Of a stretch of 64,000 nt of DNA, positions 25,687 through 38,500 are shown piece after piece. The notes below the pieces were generated by a model, which was not told where the DNA came from, ran no database searches, and saw only the letters and a list, made by a program, of their open reading frames with translations. The stretch comes from Ministeria vibrans ATCC 50519 (Eukaryota > Protista > Filasterea): positions 1 to 64,000 of the forward strand of contig CALSCP010001127.1 in assembly GCA_943704425.1 (NCBI GenBank). The letters run 5' to 3'. The first letter of the stretch is position 1; every line of letters starts with the position of its first letter. A program made the position numbers and the translations under genes.

Positions 25687-28600
25687 TCAGGCGAGAAGGG
25701 ACAGCAGCTGCTGCAGCAGCGCAATGCAGGTGTCGGCGCCGGCTCGCTTGAAGATGAGAGCCTGGCTCTTCATGTAGTTGAGAAGCTTGCGGTTGCGGCC
25801 CATGACGGTGTCGAGGGAGCGGATGTGGGCAATGCGCTCGGGAGTGGTGCAGAGGGAGAGGAGCAGACGGCAGACGCGCGAGAAAATGTCGGGACGGTCG
25901 CGACGCATCTGGAGCACTTCACACATCTTGTTCACCGAGTCGGGCTCGTTGAAGACGGCCTCGGGGCAAAAGCGAGCAAGGTTGTTAAGGATGTTGATGG
26001 CAATCTTGACCACTTCCATGGCGGGCACACTGCGGTTGCTGTTGATCATGAGCTCCAGGATGATCTTTACCGCGTTTTGACGGCACACCATACGCTCGCA
26101 GCAGGCACGCCAATTGCTCGCAACCTCAAGTGTCTGGCATGCACGCAGCAGTGCCGACATGGTTGTCGTCTTGAGCAGATCATCAAGCTTGCGCACCTCC
26201 TTGCTGGGCGCCAGAACCGTGAGAGCAACACGCGTGCGCTCGCTGAGAGTGTCACAGGGACGCGCCTTGGCGGTGGCGGTCGCAATACGCGCGCGGAGCG
26301 TGCGCAGCTGCGTCTGTATCTGCTTAGACAGACACGCACGGGCAGCGCGAGCACGCCACCGCGACTGGATGACGATAGCAGCGTGGCGCACCTGCACGCA
26401 GTGGCGATACCATTGCTGAATGCGCGTGGCAGCAGCGACGCGGGTTTGGTGCGACAAAGACTGATCACGGTGGGTGCGGTAGACGCGTTGAAGCACCGTC
26501 GCCGCATGGCGCAGGGCCAAGAAGCGGATGCGCTGCTGGCGACCACGAAACCATGCCTGGATGCAAGTGGCGGCCGAGCGCTGAGTGCGCAAAGCGCGTG
26601 CGCGAGCATACGCAATGAACGTTCGCAAGGCACTCTGCAGCACAAGTGTGGTGTGCAATTGACGCAGGTGGGCAAGTTCACGGCGAGCAATGAAACAACG
26701 CACAGCACACTGGATGGTCACGGCAGAGCGCACCTCGAGAGCACTGTGGCGCAGTGTTGCAAGCGCACAGCGAGCCCAGTAGCCGCGCAAAGCACACTGG
26801 ATGGTCATGGCAGCGCAGACACGACGCGTTTCGCGCAGCGCAGCGAGTTTGCGGTGGGCACAAAGACCACGGAATGCACACTGAATAGTAATGGCGGCGG
26901 TGAAGCGACGACTGTGGCGCAGCGAGGCAAGTGTCGTGCGAGCCATGTAGCAGCGGAAGGCAGATTGGATGAGCAGGGCAGAATGGTGCTCGAGAGCACT
27001 GTGGTCGCGTGCCACCTTGGCTGAGCGCAGAGCGGCGAGTTGTCGGCGTGCGATCATGCAGCGGAAGGCGCACTGGATAGTGATGGCTGCACACAGGTGA
27101 ACNNNNNGCAGCGGAAGGCGCACTGGATAGTGATGGCTGCACACAGGTGAGCCTTGGACTGGCGCAGAGCGGCGAGTTGTCGGTGTGCAAGCATAGAGCG
27201 GAAGGCGCACTGAATGATGATAGCGGCTTGATTGCGCATGAGGTGAGTGTCACGCATAAGACGCACTGTGGTGCGCGCACAGTAAATACGAAAGGCACAT
27301 TGGATGGTAAGCGCCGCCGTGTTATGAACGAGACGGGCTGCGCGCAGACGGACAAGCTCGCGCTTGGCCGAGTGGACACGGAAGGCACCCTGGATGATGG
27401 TGGCGGCGCAATGCTCGCGACGGAGACGGGTAAGCGCACGCTGAGCCCACCACACACGGAAAGCACCCTGAATGACGGTGGCGGCGTGATGCTCGAGACG
27501 GAGATGGGCAAGCACACGCTGAGCCCGCCACACACGGAAAGCACCCTGAATGACGCTGGCCGAGTGACTCTCGAGAGCAATGCGTTGTGCCCGCTTGGCA
27601 CGGAGCAGCGCCACCTGCTTGTGGGCGAGTGCAAAGCGCACGACCGATTGGAGCACTGTTACCGCTTGCACACGTGCCTTTTCCTGCACTTGTCGCTCAC
27701 GCACCTGCTCACTGCTCTCCTTAAGTTGCACCAGCTTCTTGACGGCACTGCGTCGTCGCACTGCGCACTGCAAAACCACAACGGCATCCTCAATCTTCTT
27801 CTGCTCGTGCTGCATCTCCTCCGTCTCGCGCGCCTTGCGCTCCTGCTCCGCTTGCATCTCCTTGCGCTGCTTGAGCTCAGCCAACAGTCGAGAGCGCAGC
27901 AGACGATTGGACTTGCGGCGACGCCATGCCGCCTGGAGGACACTGGCGGCGCGTGTCTCGGCGCTGAGGGCAAGAAGACGCGATGCGAGGAAGGCAACAC
28001 AGGTAATCACACAGCGCTCTTCGGGGAGCTCGCCGTGCGGCGAGTGACGCACCAGGCTGGGCACGCCGCCAAGATGCTTCACGGCCGTGTTGAGCAGCTT
28101 GAAGTTGTGTCTTTCGTTTGTGGCACGTCTCTTGCCGCCCTGGCCACCGGGGAAGTTTGTGCCGGGCGAGTAGGCGGCAAGGTAGGTGTTCTTGGTAGAC
28201 GTACAGTGGGTCGGCGTGGACTCGGGTGAAGGCACGCGCGACGTGTTGGTGTCGCTGCGGATGGTGTCGAGAGGCAGCAGAGCTGGATGGTAGAAGTTGA
28301 CGAGCAGGCACAGTGCGCGACCGTCGGCAAAACTCGCCGTAAAGTTGTTGATGGCAACGCCACGCACTGCACAAACACTGGCGACCCACTGGAGAAGCAG
28401 GCCCAGATGCGCATTGCTGAGGTAGAGCATCTCGAGCGTTTCGAGCGTCTCGCGCGCGATGCTGTGGCGCAATTGCAGTCGCTGCACTTCGCTGCGGAGT
28501 TGCTCCACATTGACAAGCTGAGAGAACTGTAGATGAAGCATGGTTCGCCAGAGCAGCTCGAGCGTCACCTCTCGATGGCCCTCGACAATGTCAACGCTGC

Positions 28601-30655
28601 GAATGCCCGACAGGACTACTCCGCTCTGACGCAGTCGCTTCAGCGACACTTCAACGTTGTGCTTGCGACGCTCCTTGTCACTGGCAGGCACACGCAGCTC
28701 ACGTCCAAGCTCACCGGGCGCCAGAGCAAGCAACAGCTCCACCAGGCGACATAGACGCACGCCGTCACGTAGACTCGTCTGTAGCGACTCAAGCGAGTAG
28801 TCATACTCATCCAGGCTTGTCTGCACATGTTCCACGACGTAGCCGCATTGACGACGCAACAAAGCCACCAGATCACCTGCACGTGCACTCAGATAGTCGG
28901 CACAGATGCGACGCAGAACTGCCTCGCTCGACTTGACGGAAGCACGCATGGCAAAGAGACAAGGGTCGCCGGGCAGGAGACGCGCGCGCTTGGCCCGGTC
29001 CAGAAACAGCACCAGCACCAGCATCTTCTTGAGCGCGTGACGGGCACCCTCGTCGGACGACGCAAGCGCAGCACTGCTGGCAGCACTATCGCGAGTGGCG
29101 GACACGTTTGCATTGGTGTAGGACCAGCCCATAAGAGCGGCGCGCGACACTCGCGAATCGCGCAGGAGATGTGTGTTAATGAAGTCGACAAGCACTGTTC
29201 GCTCTGCTTCGTCTGCATCATCTGCAGTGGCACTGGCGCGAGGGATAATCTTGCCAAAGACAGTTTCGAGGCCGAGACGCAGCCAGACAGACGCGTAGGA
29301 GGTGAGCAAGTTGAGGACCTCGTCGCGTACACGCACGTCGCGTGCAAGACTCATCTTGGGCGACACGGCAATTTTGCCATCGTCAACATGCGACTCAACA
29401 TTGCGGCGCACCGGCGCGACTTCGGCCGACTGGAAGAGGGTGCACGCGCGACGGTGGAGCACAGCAAGGTCACGAATGGCAGTGTAGCCGACGAGGGTAT
29501 CGTCGCTGTCGCTCGCTGCGCGTGTCGGCGGGCACAGCAGAAACTTGACCCAATTGGTAAAGCCTCGCTCCTGCTTGTCTTTCCAATCGTCGTCGTAGCA
29601 GCTACTGTGAGCAGCGAAAGGCTGTCGTACGGGCGTTGCCGTCGGCTTGCCCCTCGCCGACTTGCTCGCGGTGGGCTGGAGGCGCAGACGAGTGCCGGCC
29701 ATCTTGGACTGGGGCAGGGCAATCTTCCGTCGGGAGGGCGACGAGCGCTTGGCTGCGGCGGTTCCTCTGGTGAGCGCAAAGGGCGTCGTGGGCTTCTTGG
29801 TGGTGGTTGCGGGTGCGTTGAGACGCACTATGTTCTTGTTGGCCAGCACCTGTCGCTTGGGCGGCGACTGCGACGGCTCGCCCTTGCGCTTGCGTGCCCC
29901 ATCGGCAACTGCTTCGCCCACAAAGAACGCCTGCAAGTGGACGTGGTTGCGCCCACGGAAGCGCGCAAAGTACGCCTTCTTGCCGGCCTTCTCGGGAACC
30001 CATGTCACTGTCAGCTCCAGCGACGCATTCGCCGCGACCGTCATCTTGCGGCACGACCCACAGTCCAGCGGCGCCTGTGTGGGCTGCGACACCGTCACAC
30101 CGAAGCCAGCATCAAACGGAAAGGTCTGCGAAAGATTTTGTATTAATTTTTCAAAAAATCGAAATTCAAAAAAACTCAACTTTGAGTTTGGGGGAAATGC
30201 GACAAATGACGGTCTATTTGACCAGGATAGGGGGTGTGATGGAGATATACCAGGGTAATGGAAGTAATGGCAGTGTATGTGTATCGGGAAAAAACAGCAG
30301 GAGCGACGGACAAACAATTCGCGCGAGATCAAAAAAAAAAAAAAAAAAAAAAAAAAAACGAAGTAGAAATCACCTCAAGTTCAAGAGGATGGTCTGTGGT
30401 GGCGTCGTTGACAATGACAAGGGTGCGGGACGCAGCAGCGCCCACGCGGACGCGGCCAAACTCCAGGGTCGCCTTCTCCTGGAAGAGACCGATCCGGAGA
30501 AACGCCGGCGGAGTGTGCGCGGACGCGTTTCTGGGTGCGGAGGGGGCGACGGAGGGCGCGCAGGGGACTGTGAAGGTCTCTGTGGGCTGCAGGGTAGCAT
30601 GGCCGACCGAGGGGGGCACAGGTCGGTCGAGGAGAATGCTGTTTTCCTTTTCCAT
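25687..30655 (-). CDS. ASPM: Abnormal spindle protein ASPM (ASH domain, CH domains, IQ repeats, ARM-like C-terminus)
   Basis: N-terminal LEFGRVRVG ASH domain, WKDKQERGFTNW, YASVWLRLGLE, LRDGVRLCRLVELL, IVEGHREVTLELLW, NNFTASFADGRALCLL, many IQxxxR repeats, and NRSVPAME. A 5-N gap lies within the IQ array. Confidence 0.93.
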
Positions 30656-30937
30656 AATGAATAAAAATTAAAAAGAGTGATTAAGTTTTAAATTTTTTCG
30701 TCTTGAAAATCTGATTATTTTCTTAAAAGTAAATGTGAAACGTGAAAAATCATAAGTAAGAATGGAATTAATTACAAAGTCTGCAAAGATGAAAGATCAC
30801 AGATCTCCCTATTCTCCTAGACTCTATTTACTCTAACAAAATAAGCATTGTTAATAAGTTCGTTCTGTAAAATATTATGAATCCTTTCTCCATATTTTGT
30901 CTTCTCCTTTGTTGACCTTTTTTTATAATTATGTTTA

Positions 30938-32318
30938 TTACATCTGTCGTGCTGTAAAACGGAACTCTGTGGAGCGCACATAAGTCTGGAAGCGATCAAT
31001 TTTCGTCACAAGCTTGGACACCTCTTTCACCAAGCGGCTTTTTTCACCTATGGTGAGTTCATTGTTGCTGTCGCCCTCCATGTCGAGCACTTGTTGCTGT
31101 TTCTATATGACGTAACGTAGTGAGTCAATAAAAGTAATACAAAGTCATACTATTATTATAATAATAATAATAATTATTATTGTTATTAATTATTCTTGTT
31201 TAAACGCACTTGCAGAGCGGTGCAGTGCAAGACGTTGCACTCGAGGCGAAACTCCTCAAGTAACTCCTTCAGAGTCGTCTTCATTTCTGGTCGTGATTTA
31301 GCCTGGTCCTGGTAGAATAAGATAGCTCTGCGCATTCGGTTCAAGTGGCTTTCAATGTTGGTGACGAGAGTGTCGAATACTCGCAATTCGCTGGAATTGC
31401 ACGTTCGATACTTGAGCGTCAAGTTTAAGCAACTGCAGCGAATGATTTGGTTCACAACAAGTCTTGTAAGACCATTCCACGGCTTTTTGTGGCGCATTGA
31501 AGCAATCTAAGTTGAGTAATAATAATAATTTATTATTATTATCATTATTATTATTTTAATGTTGATCTTACGTTGAGAGACGCTGATTTCACTGCGTTCT
31601 TCTCGTCATCGTGTGGTAAGCTGGAAACAGCTGCGGTTTCAATCCAATAAACCACTATGTTGTATGCTTGTTGAATGACGGCTGTTTTCGTTGTGTTGAT
31701 CTTGGACATATCGATATCGCGATCGATGGCACCGCACGACAGGAGCAGATTCGCAAAAAGACAAATGATGGTCGGATGAATTCTGAAAATTCGATCAAAC
31801 AGCACCGTGTCTGTCACGCGTGCTTTTGCTTCCCTTCTTTTGTGGCTCTCAACCAGCCAGGTGCAGCAAAGGACCACAATATTGATCTGCTCCTGGCCAC
31901 TGCAGTTGCGGAAAATTTCGTCAAAGTGTGCCACAAATTCGTCTCTATTGGCGGCCTTCTCGGGGCCCACCATCGTACTGCAGAGACTCTCAAGAATCAC
32001 CGAGTGATTTTCGTCAAGCAAGGCGGAGATGGCGGCCTTGTGGGAAGTTTTGAGGAACAGTTGCGCGACCAGCGACATGCATGGGCCGGAATGCTCCGGC
32101 GAGCTAATGAGAGTACAAATATGACCGTTTCGCATAATGTCTGGGGAGTCCTGATCGACCTCCGGTAGGCCCGATGCCAAGGTGAACAGCGTGATGCTCA
32201 ACCGATCGTTTTTTTCCGTCCTGTCGACTGCCGGTCGGTTCGCGGCAAATCTGAAAATCAATTCCTGACAGTCGATGTCGTCATTTGCTGCCAGAGACAA
32301 AACTCCTCTCACAGACAT
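30938..32318 (-). CDS. Uncharacterised protein, 3 exons
   Basis: Exons 32318 to about 31572, about 31507-31210 and about 31103-30938, with GT/AG-bounded AT-rich introns. Ends FRFTARQM*. Confidence 0.65.
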
Positions 32319-32736
32319 TGCGGTGTTAGCAAGGGGACACGAGAATTAAAATAATTAAAGAAAAATATAAATCAGTTAAGACTTGAGAGAATAATAATAA
32401 AATCAATAACAAGTCATGTTTTTTTTTTCCGGGTCGGCTCAACCTCAAAAAACATGAGGGCGCCCTCAAAAAACATTCCAGGAGGAATGTTGCTGGAGAG
32501 AAGAGCCGCTCCTACGCCGGCAAGAAGGGATATCACTACCCTAAATTGCATACCTAAGACCACTGATCAACGAAGAGACGGACACTCGCGGACAGGACCA
32601 AACAAGCCAAAATGATAACTTTCGTGTCGACGCTTTTTTTTTTCCAAAATTAATAATAATAATATTATTCATCTCAAAGTCGATTAATCGCCAACTCAAA
32701 CACTTTTTTTTCACTCTTTATCTTTCAAGACCTCAA

Positions 32737-34495
32737 ATGATTACGCATCCCGACGAATGCTCAACAACCTCTCGCGAAGGAGCGGTTGAGGAACACGAGA
32801 GTAAGGCTTTTTGATATCCACAATTTTCACCCGCATTTTTTTCGTCTCGGACGAAACATTTTAAAGCATTCTGTTGTTTGTCGCCGTCCTCCCTATATTG
32901 GATCTACTACCCCACAAATTAACCCCTTCATTTCCATTCCCTTAAACACTACTCTTTCCAGCGAGATGTCAACATCAGAGTTTATTAATTGTTTTTTTTT
33001 CCTTCTTTTTTTGCAACTGCAGGTGTCCCCTCGCCTCGCTCTGGCGCTGATGACGAAGAGCCTTGGAAGGCTGATCCCTTGTTGGCGTCGGTGCACGATG
33101 CGCTCACTAAGCTAGAGAAGAAGAGCGCTACGCCGCGGGCGCAAAGGAAACGCGAGCCAGCGGCAGTGAGTGCCGCGGCGCAACCCCCTCCTGTCGCCGC
33201 CGAGCGCCGCAGTGAACAGGAACTGCGTGAACAAATCAGCTTTTTGGAGGCGCAAATTGCCAAAAGGAACGCAATGTCAATGTCTGGTCAGACGGTCACA
33301 CCCCATGTGCCAGTGTCCAGCAGCGACTCGGTGACGACGTTGCAGGAGCAAGAGAAACGACTCGCCGAGCTCACCCTGCAGACACGCATGCCACATGCTG
33401 CTGCTGCTGCCGCTGCTGTTGCTACCACGCCACCACCTTATGGACACGGATACGCGTATACCTACGACCAGTTTCATCCAGCAACGCCGTCGACAGACCA
33501 GCGTGCGCCACCACCCCGCTCTCACCCCGTGCCTGTGCCGGCGCAACCAACTGGCGCGCGCCCTCTTGCAGCGCCCTATGGCCAGACACGTGAACATGGA
33601 TTGTACCCGAGCACCAATAGCAGTAGTCCCAGTGTCTTTCGTGCATCGCCTGGCTTGCGGCATTCGAGCTTTGGCAGTGAATCAGCTGCGCCGACGTCCT
33701 TTGGCAATGGCTATGGGTACCTTGGCGCCAGCGGCGCCCCAACTGACCCTCGCTACAACGAACCTCAGCGGGAATCACCGGCCTTTGATTACGGACCGAC
33801 ATCATTCACACGCGGTGGCCATGGGCGTCGCCAAATGCCCTCATCTGGCACCGTCCCTACGCATCCAAGTGCTCTTCCGCCCGTGTACTCGGGGGCATCC
33901 GCATCGCGCACGGACCGGGCAGCGTGGGCGGAGCCTCGACGTACTGATACTGGCAATCAATATAGCTACGAAGAGTTGGCAAGCTTGGAGGAGTTGGAAA
34001 AGGAACTAGAAAACAAAAAGCGAGCACGTGAGGCCGCCGCGCGAAAGAGGATTCAGGACCTTAACGACGCGCAACGTCGCTTCAAAGAGGTGTCGGATTG
34101 CTCGTTTGAGGAAAACGAGCGAATGAGAATGGAGCAGGAGCGGGCCACCTTGCAGACGGCGCAGGAGCAAGTGGAATTAAAAAATACGCGAGCGGAGGCC
34201 ACGAAGAAAACCGCGGAAAGTGTGGTCTTGAAGGAGAAAGTGGAGAGCATATATTCCAACCTCCGGGGGAAACTCTATGGCATGGATGTTGTCATTCTGA
34301 TGGACATCACCGGTTCAATGCGTCACTGGTTGCAGGAATGTAAAGACAACGCGGAGAAAATTATCGAGCAGGTGTCTGCCGGACTCGTTGCAGCAAACCG
34401 TTCAGGAGCCGTGTACAGATTTGGTAAAGACAAAACAAAAACAAGACAAAAAATAAATAATAATAATAATAATAATAATAAAAATATTATATTTA

Positions 34496-34532
<37 letters not shown>

Positions 34533-35180
34533 AAAATTAATAATAATAATAATTATTATTATTATATTTATACTCTATTTTTCCTTGATTTTGTAGCGAT
34601 TGTTGGTTACCGTGACTACCACTTGAGTGACAGTGACAGTGCGCGCAACATGGACACGTTTGTGATTTGCGACTTTGTCCAGTCGAACAGTCGTGCGCCG
34701 CTCCTGGAGGCCGTGCGCAGCTGTCAGCCCACTGGCGGCCACGACACCTGTGAGGACATTGCGGGTGCCTTTGAGGTGTGCTTGAAGAAGCTCTCGTGGG
34801 AGAGCTCAACCAAACTGATCATTCACTTTGCCGATGCACCCTGCCATGGCACATCGTTCCACGGTCCCCGTTGCAGCGACGACTTCCCCGAAGGCGATCG
34901 CTATGGACTTGACATTTTGGAACAAATGCGGGAGGTACGATAATCCTATTATTTAGACTCATTCACAATTGTGGTTTTGTAGTTTGCACGACAATCAATT
35001 CACTACTACTTTGCGGCGGCCGCGCCCGATTTGACTAACGAAATGGTGGATAAATTCCAGACGGCGTATACGAGTGTGCCAAACACCCGCGCCAAATTCC
35101 GCCATTTGCGCATTGGCGATTCCCCCGAGCAGTTTTTCCCAACTGTCCTCAGCAGTGTCATTGAGTCTACTACCAATTAA
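32737..35180 (+). CDS. Pro-rich and coiled-coil protein with a C-terminal vWA domain (VwkA/alpha-kinase-associated type)
   Basis: MIDAS DVVILMDITGSM, VGYRDY, GGHDTCEDIAGAF, LSW, IIHFADAPCHG and DDFPEGD. TAA at 35178-35180. Confidence 0.8.
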
Positions 35181-35511
35181 TCTCCTTACAGGGACATATC
35201 AAGGGAAACATAATAATAATGAAAAAGAAATTATTAGTGGATAATAATTATTAGTTTTATTAGTTTTAGTACGGAATTTTGTAATAGTACTGGAGTTTTA
35301 CAATTAGTCTTGCAATTCCTATTATAAAGCAGATCAATGCTTCTGTAGCTTAAAATGCACGTACACTGACGTTCCAAGCTGTAATAAATAATAAATTTTC
35401 TTAAAATAAATTAAATAGTTTGTGCATTTTCACGTTGAAAAGTTGCTGTATTTTCCCTTCTCCTCTCCTCTCTCTCTCACACACACGCATAAAAAGACTG
35501 CCCACACATAC

Positions 35512-38500
35512 TTAGAAGAAAGGAAACAATTTATGAGAGGGTTTTGATGTTTTCGATACCCCTCTTGAGGGATTCATTGAATTCGACTGGCTGCCGTGGT
35601 GCGCATTTGTCATATCAACGTGACGTTTGCGTTCCAGCTCGCGCAACGTCTGCAGCCTTTGACGGTCCTTCTCCGCTTGCGCCCGCTCTTGCATCGCGTG
35701 CGACGTGTTAAGCTTGGACCCCTGCAATGTCCAGTAATACTGCTCTTGCTGCTGTCGCTCCAGGCGCAGTCGATGCTGCTCCTCTGCTTGCTCTCGCAGC
35801 TGCGCCTCGTACAACTGGCGCTGGAATTCCAGTCGCGCCTCTGCTCGAGCTTTTTCCGCGGCGCACACGATCTTGCGCATGGGCAGGCTGTACTTGCGAC
35901 GTTTCTTGGCCTCGCACTGCGTCACTTGCTGCAGGAGTGTGCGGGACTTGGACACCGAGTTGAGCGAGCGCGAGTCGAGACATTGGCTTGCCACCAGAAT
36001 ATCGGCGAGCTGCAGGGCCTGACCGCGCATTACACGACGATGCTCGTCGTGACCCGGGCCCACTTTGACGAGGAGATCGAGGTCAGCCTGGCGCGGCAAG
36101 TTGAGAAACTCAATGCACCTGGGGAGCAGTGTGCCGTGCTCGAGCAAGAGGTGCTTGCCAATGAAGCGTTGCGCGACGCTCGTGTGCACGATGCGAGCCG
36201 AATCGGTGCCGTCGTCCTCCTGCGGCAACACCCGCTCAAAGAGCGAGAAAATAACATTGAGCGCGGGCAGACTACCACGCGCCGCAATGAGCAGGTCGAG
36301 CGCCGTCTCGAGCATGCCTGAAGAGTTGATGACGTCGCGACAAAGTGCAGCGTCCTGTTCATTGTCAATGTCGTACACCCAGGCAAGGAGTGCATGCAGC
36401 GCCTTGACGTACTCCTGAGCCTTGCACACAAGCTTACAGAATTCGCGAGTGGGCGTGCTGGAGTAGATCCGCTCGGGAATGCGACCCTCGACGCGTTCAA
36501 GCAGTAAGCGCAATGACGCCACCATGTTGACAATGACGGGGTCATAGCTGGATGTGCGCGGATGAAGACTAAACGGCGACGAGTTGAGCCAAAAGTCACG
36601 GCGGATGCTGGGGGTGGCGCTGTTGGCGACAGACACGACGAGAGCCGGCTGATTGGTGTACAGTTGGGAGTCGAAGTGGGTAGGGCGGAGGGGCGCGCGA
36701 CTGGGCAAGCACATTTCGGCAACAAAGGACGCCTCGTAGGTAGGCGAGGCGGTGTACACGACGGGCTTGAGCTCGCGGCGTCGATGACGCGCCTCGTTGA
36801 TGTAGGTGTACAGCTCAATGAGCTTGGGCGCCGGCGTTGAAATGAACTGAGAGAGGCTGTGCGAGAGAAGGTCATGAAGATTGCGCTCGACGATTCGCGC
36901 CAGTTCGCGCACCCGATCGTTAATACCCTCACGCGAAAAGTTGGGATTGAGACAGCAATCAAGCTGGATAACAAGATGCTCAAGAGCATTCATGGCGGGT
37001 GTAAACATCATGCCGGCGAACTCGACGAGCACGCCACAGAGCGGTGCAGTAGACACGGCCAAGTGCTCAAGGAGCGTCGCCAGCTCACAGTTCTCAAAGA
37101 GAAACACGACACTGTCAAGGTGTTTCTGCGACGAGGCTTTCGCAATGTCAGCAAATTCCAGTGCGTGCAAGAATGACTCGGGACTGAACTCACGCTTGGA
37201 AAAGTCAACTGTGTAAAAACAAAAAAAAAATTAATCATCTTCCTCGGTGTCAGTGTATGTGTGCTTACGTTGAGACACGAGCATGGCATATCCGGCCTTT
37301 TTGAGAAGGCCATCTGACACTGATGGAGACGGCAGAGGACCCAGCGCCTGTGAAAGATTGTGGCGCAGCTTGGTCACTCGGGCATCGTCTTGCTTGCGCT
37401 GCTGCTCGGCAAAGAGCTCACGGTGATGGAGGAGCTGTGTGAGCGACTGGTCGTCTGCGGAAGCAACAGGGGTCTCAAAGTGAATGGAAGGATCCGACAG
37501 AGGCACAACGGGCTTGGGAGAGCTGGTGTTGCCCTGTGTCGTCTCATGCGCTGCCGGGGTTAAAGTTGGAGTCTCGTGCATTGCCGGGGTTGAAGTTGGA
37601 GAAAGCTTCAGAGGAACTTTGAGTGGGGTGACGGGGGTGTGAGTTGTTGCAACATTGGCATAGGTGGGTGCTGTGGAAGTAGAGAGTGACGGAGCGGAGA
37701 CAAGAGGGCAAGTGGGGAGGACGGAGTCGGGCACCATCACTTGCGACGTGGGCTGCTCACCGATAAACGTGAAATCTCCAACAGAGCGCGTGGGATGGCG
37801 CGGCGGTGCGGACGCATGAGCTGACAGAGAAAGATTGGAGTGAGTCGCTGCAGCAATGGCGGTAAAACGGGCGGTGGAATCAGTTGCAGTTGCCGTTGGA
37901 CTTGGCGATGAGGGACGAGACGAGCTGGGCGCATGAGGACATGCAGTCGAAGAGCGGCTCGATGTACGAGCAACACGTGCAGGAGTCGGTGAGGACGGAG
38001 GCGCGGACGCGACAGTTGGACTTGGCGACGGAGCACGAGTGGAGCTGGACGCATGAGGACATGCAATCGACGAGCGGCTCGATGTACGAGCGACACGCGC
38101 AGGAGTCGGTGAGGGCGGAGGCGCTGACGCGACAGTTGGACTTGGCGATGAGGGACGAGACGAGCTGGGCGCATGAGGACATGTAGTCGAAGAGCGGCTC
38201 GATGTGCGAGCAACACGTGCAGGAGTCGGTGAGGACGGAGGCGCGGACGCGACAGTTGGACTTGGCGACGGAGCACGAGCGGAGCTGGACGCATGAGGAC
38301 ATGTAATCGACGAGCGGCTCGATGTACGAGCAACACGTGCAGTAGTCGGTGAGGGCGGAGGCGCTGACGCGACAGTTGGACTTGGCGATGAGGGACGAGG
38401 GAAGCTGGACGCATGAGTACATGTAATCGACGAACGGCTCGATGTACGAGCGACACGTGCAGGAGTCGGTGAGGACGGAGGCGCTGACGTGCCAGTTGAA

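Noticed and set aside
25522-27024. 500-aa plus-strand ORF and other long ORFs antisense to ASPM, ASCC3 and 53BP1
   Set aside because: These are shadow frames of GC-rich coding sequence with no motifs. The opposite strand carries the recognisable protein.
27058-27150. Apparent ASPM frameshift with a duplicated segment of about 43 bp
   Set aside because: The duplicate flanks a 5-N gap inside near-identical IQ repeats, so this is an assembly artefact rather than pseudogenisation.
37891-38490. CRISPR-like regular repeats
   Set aside because: The units are contiguous with no unique spacers, keep frame inside an ORF, and there are no cas genes. The context is eukaryotic.
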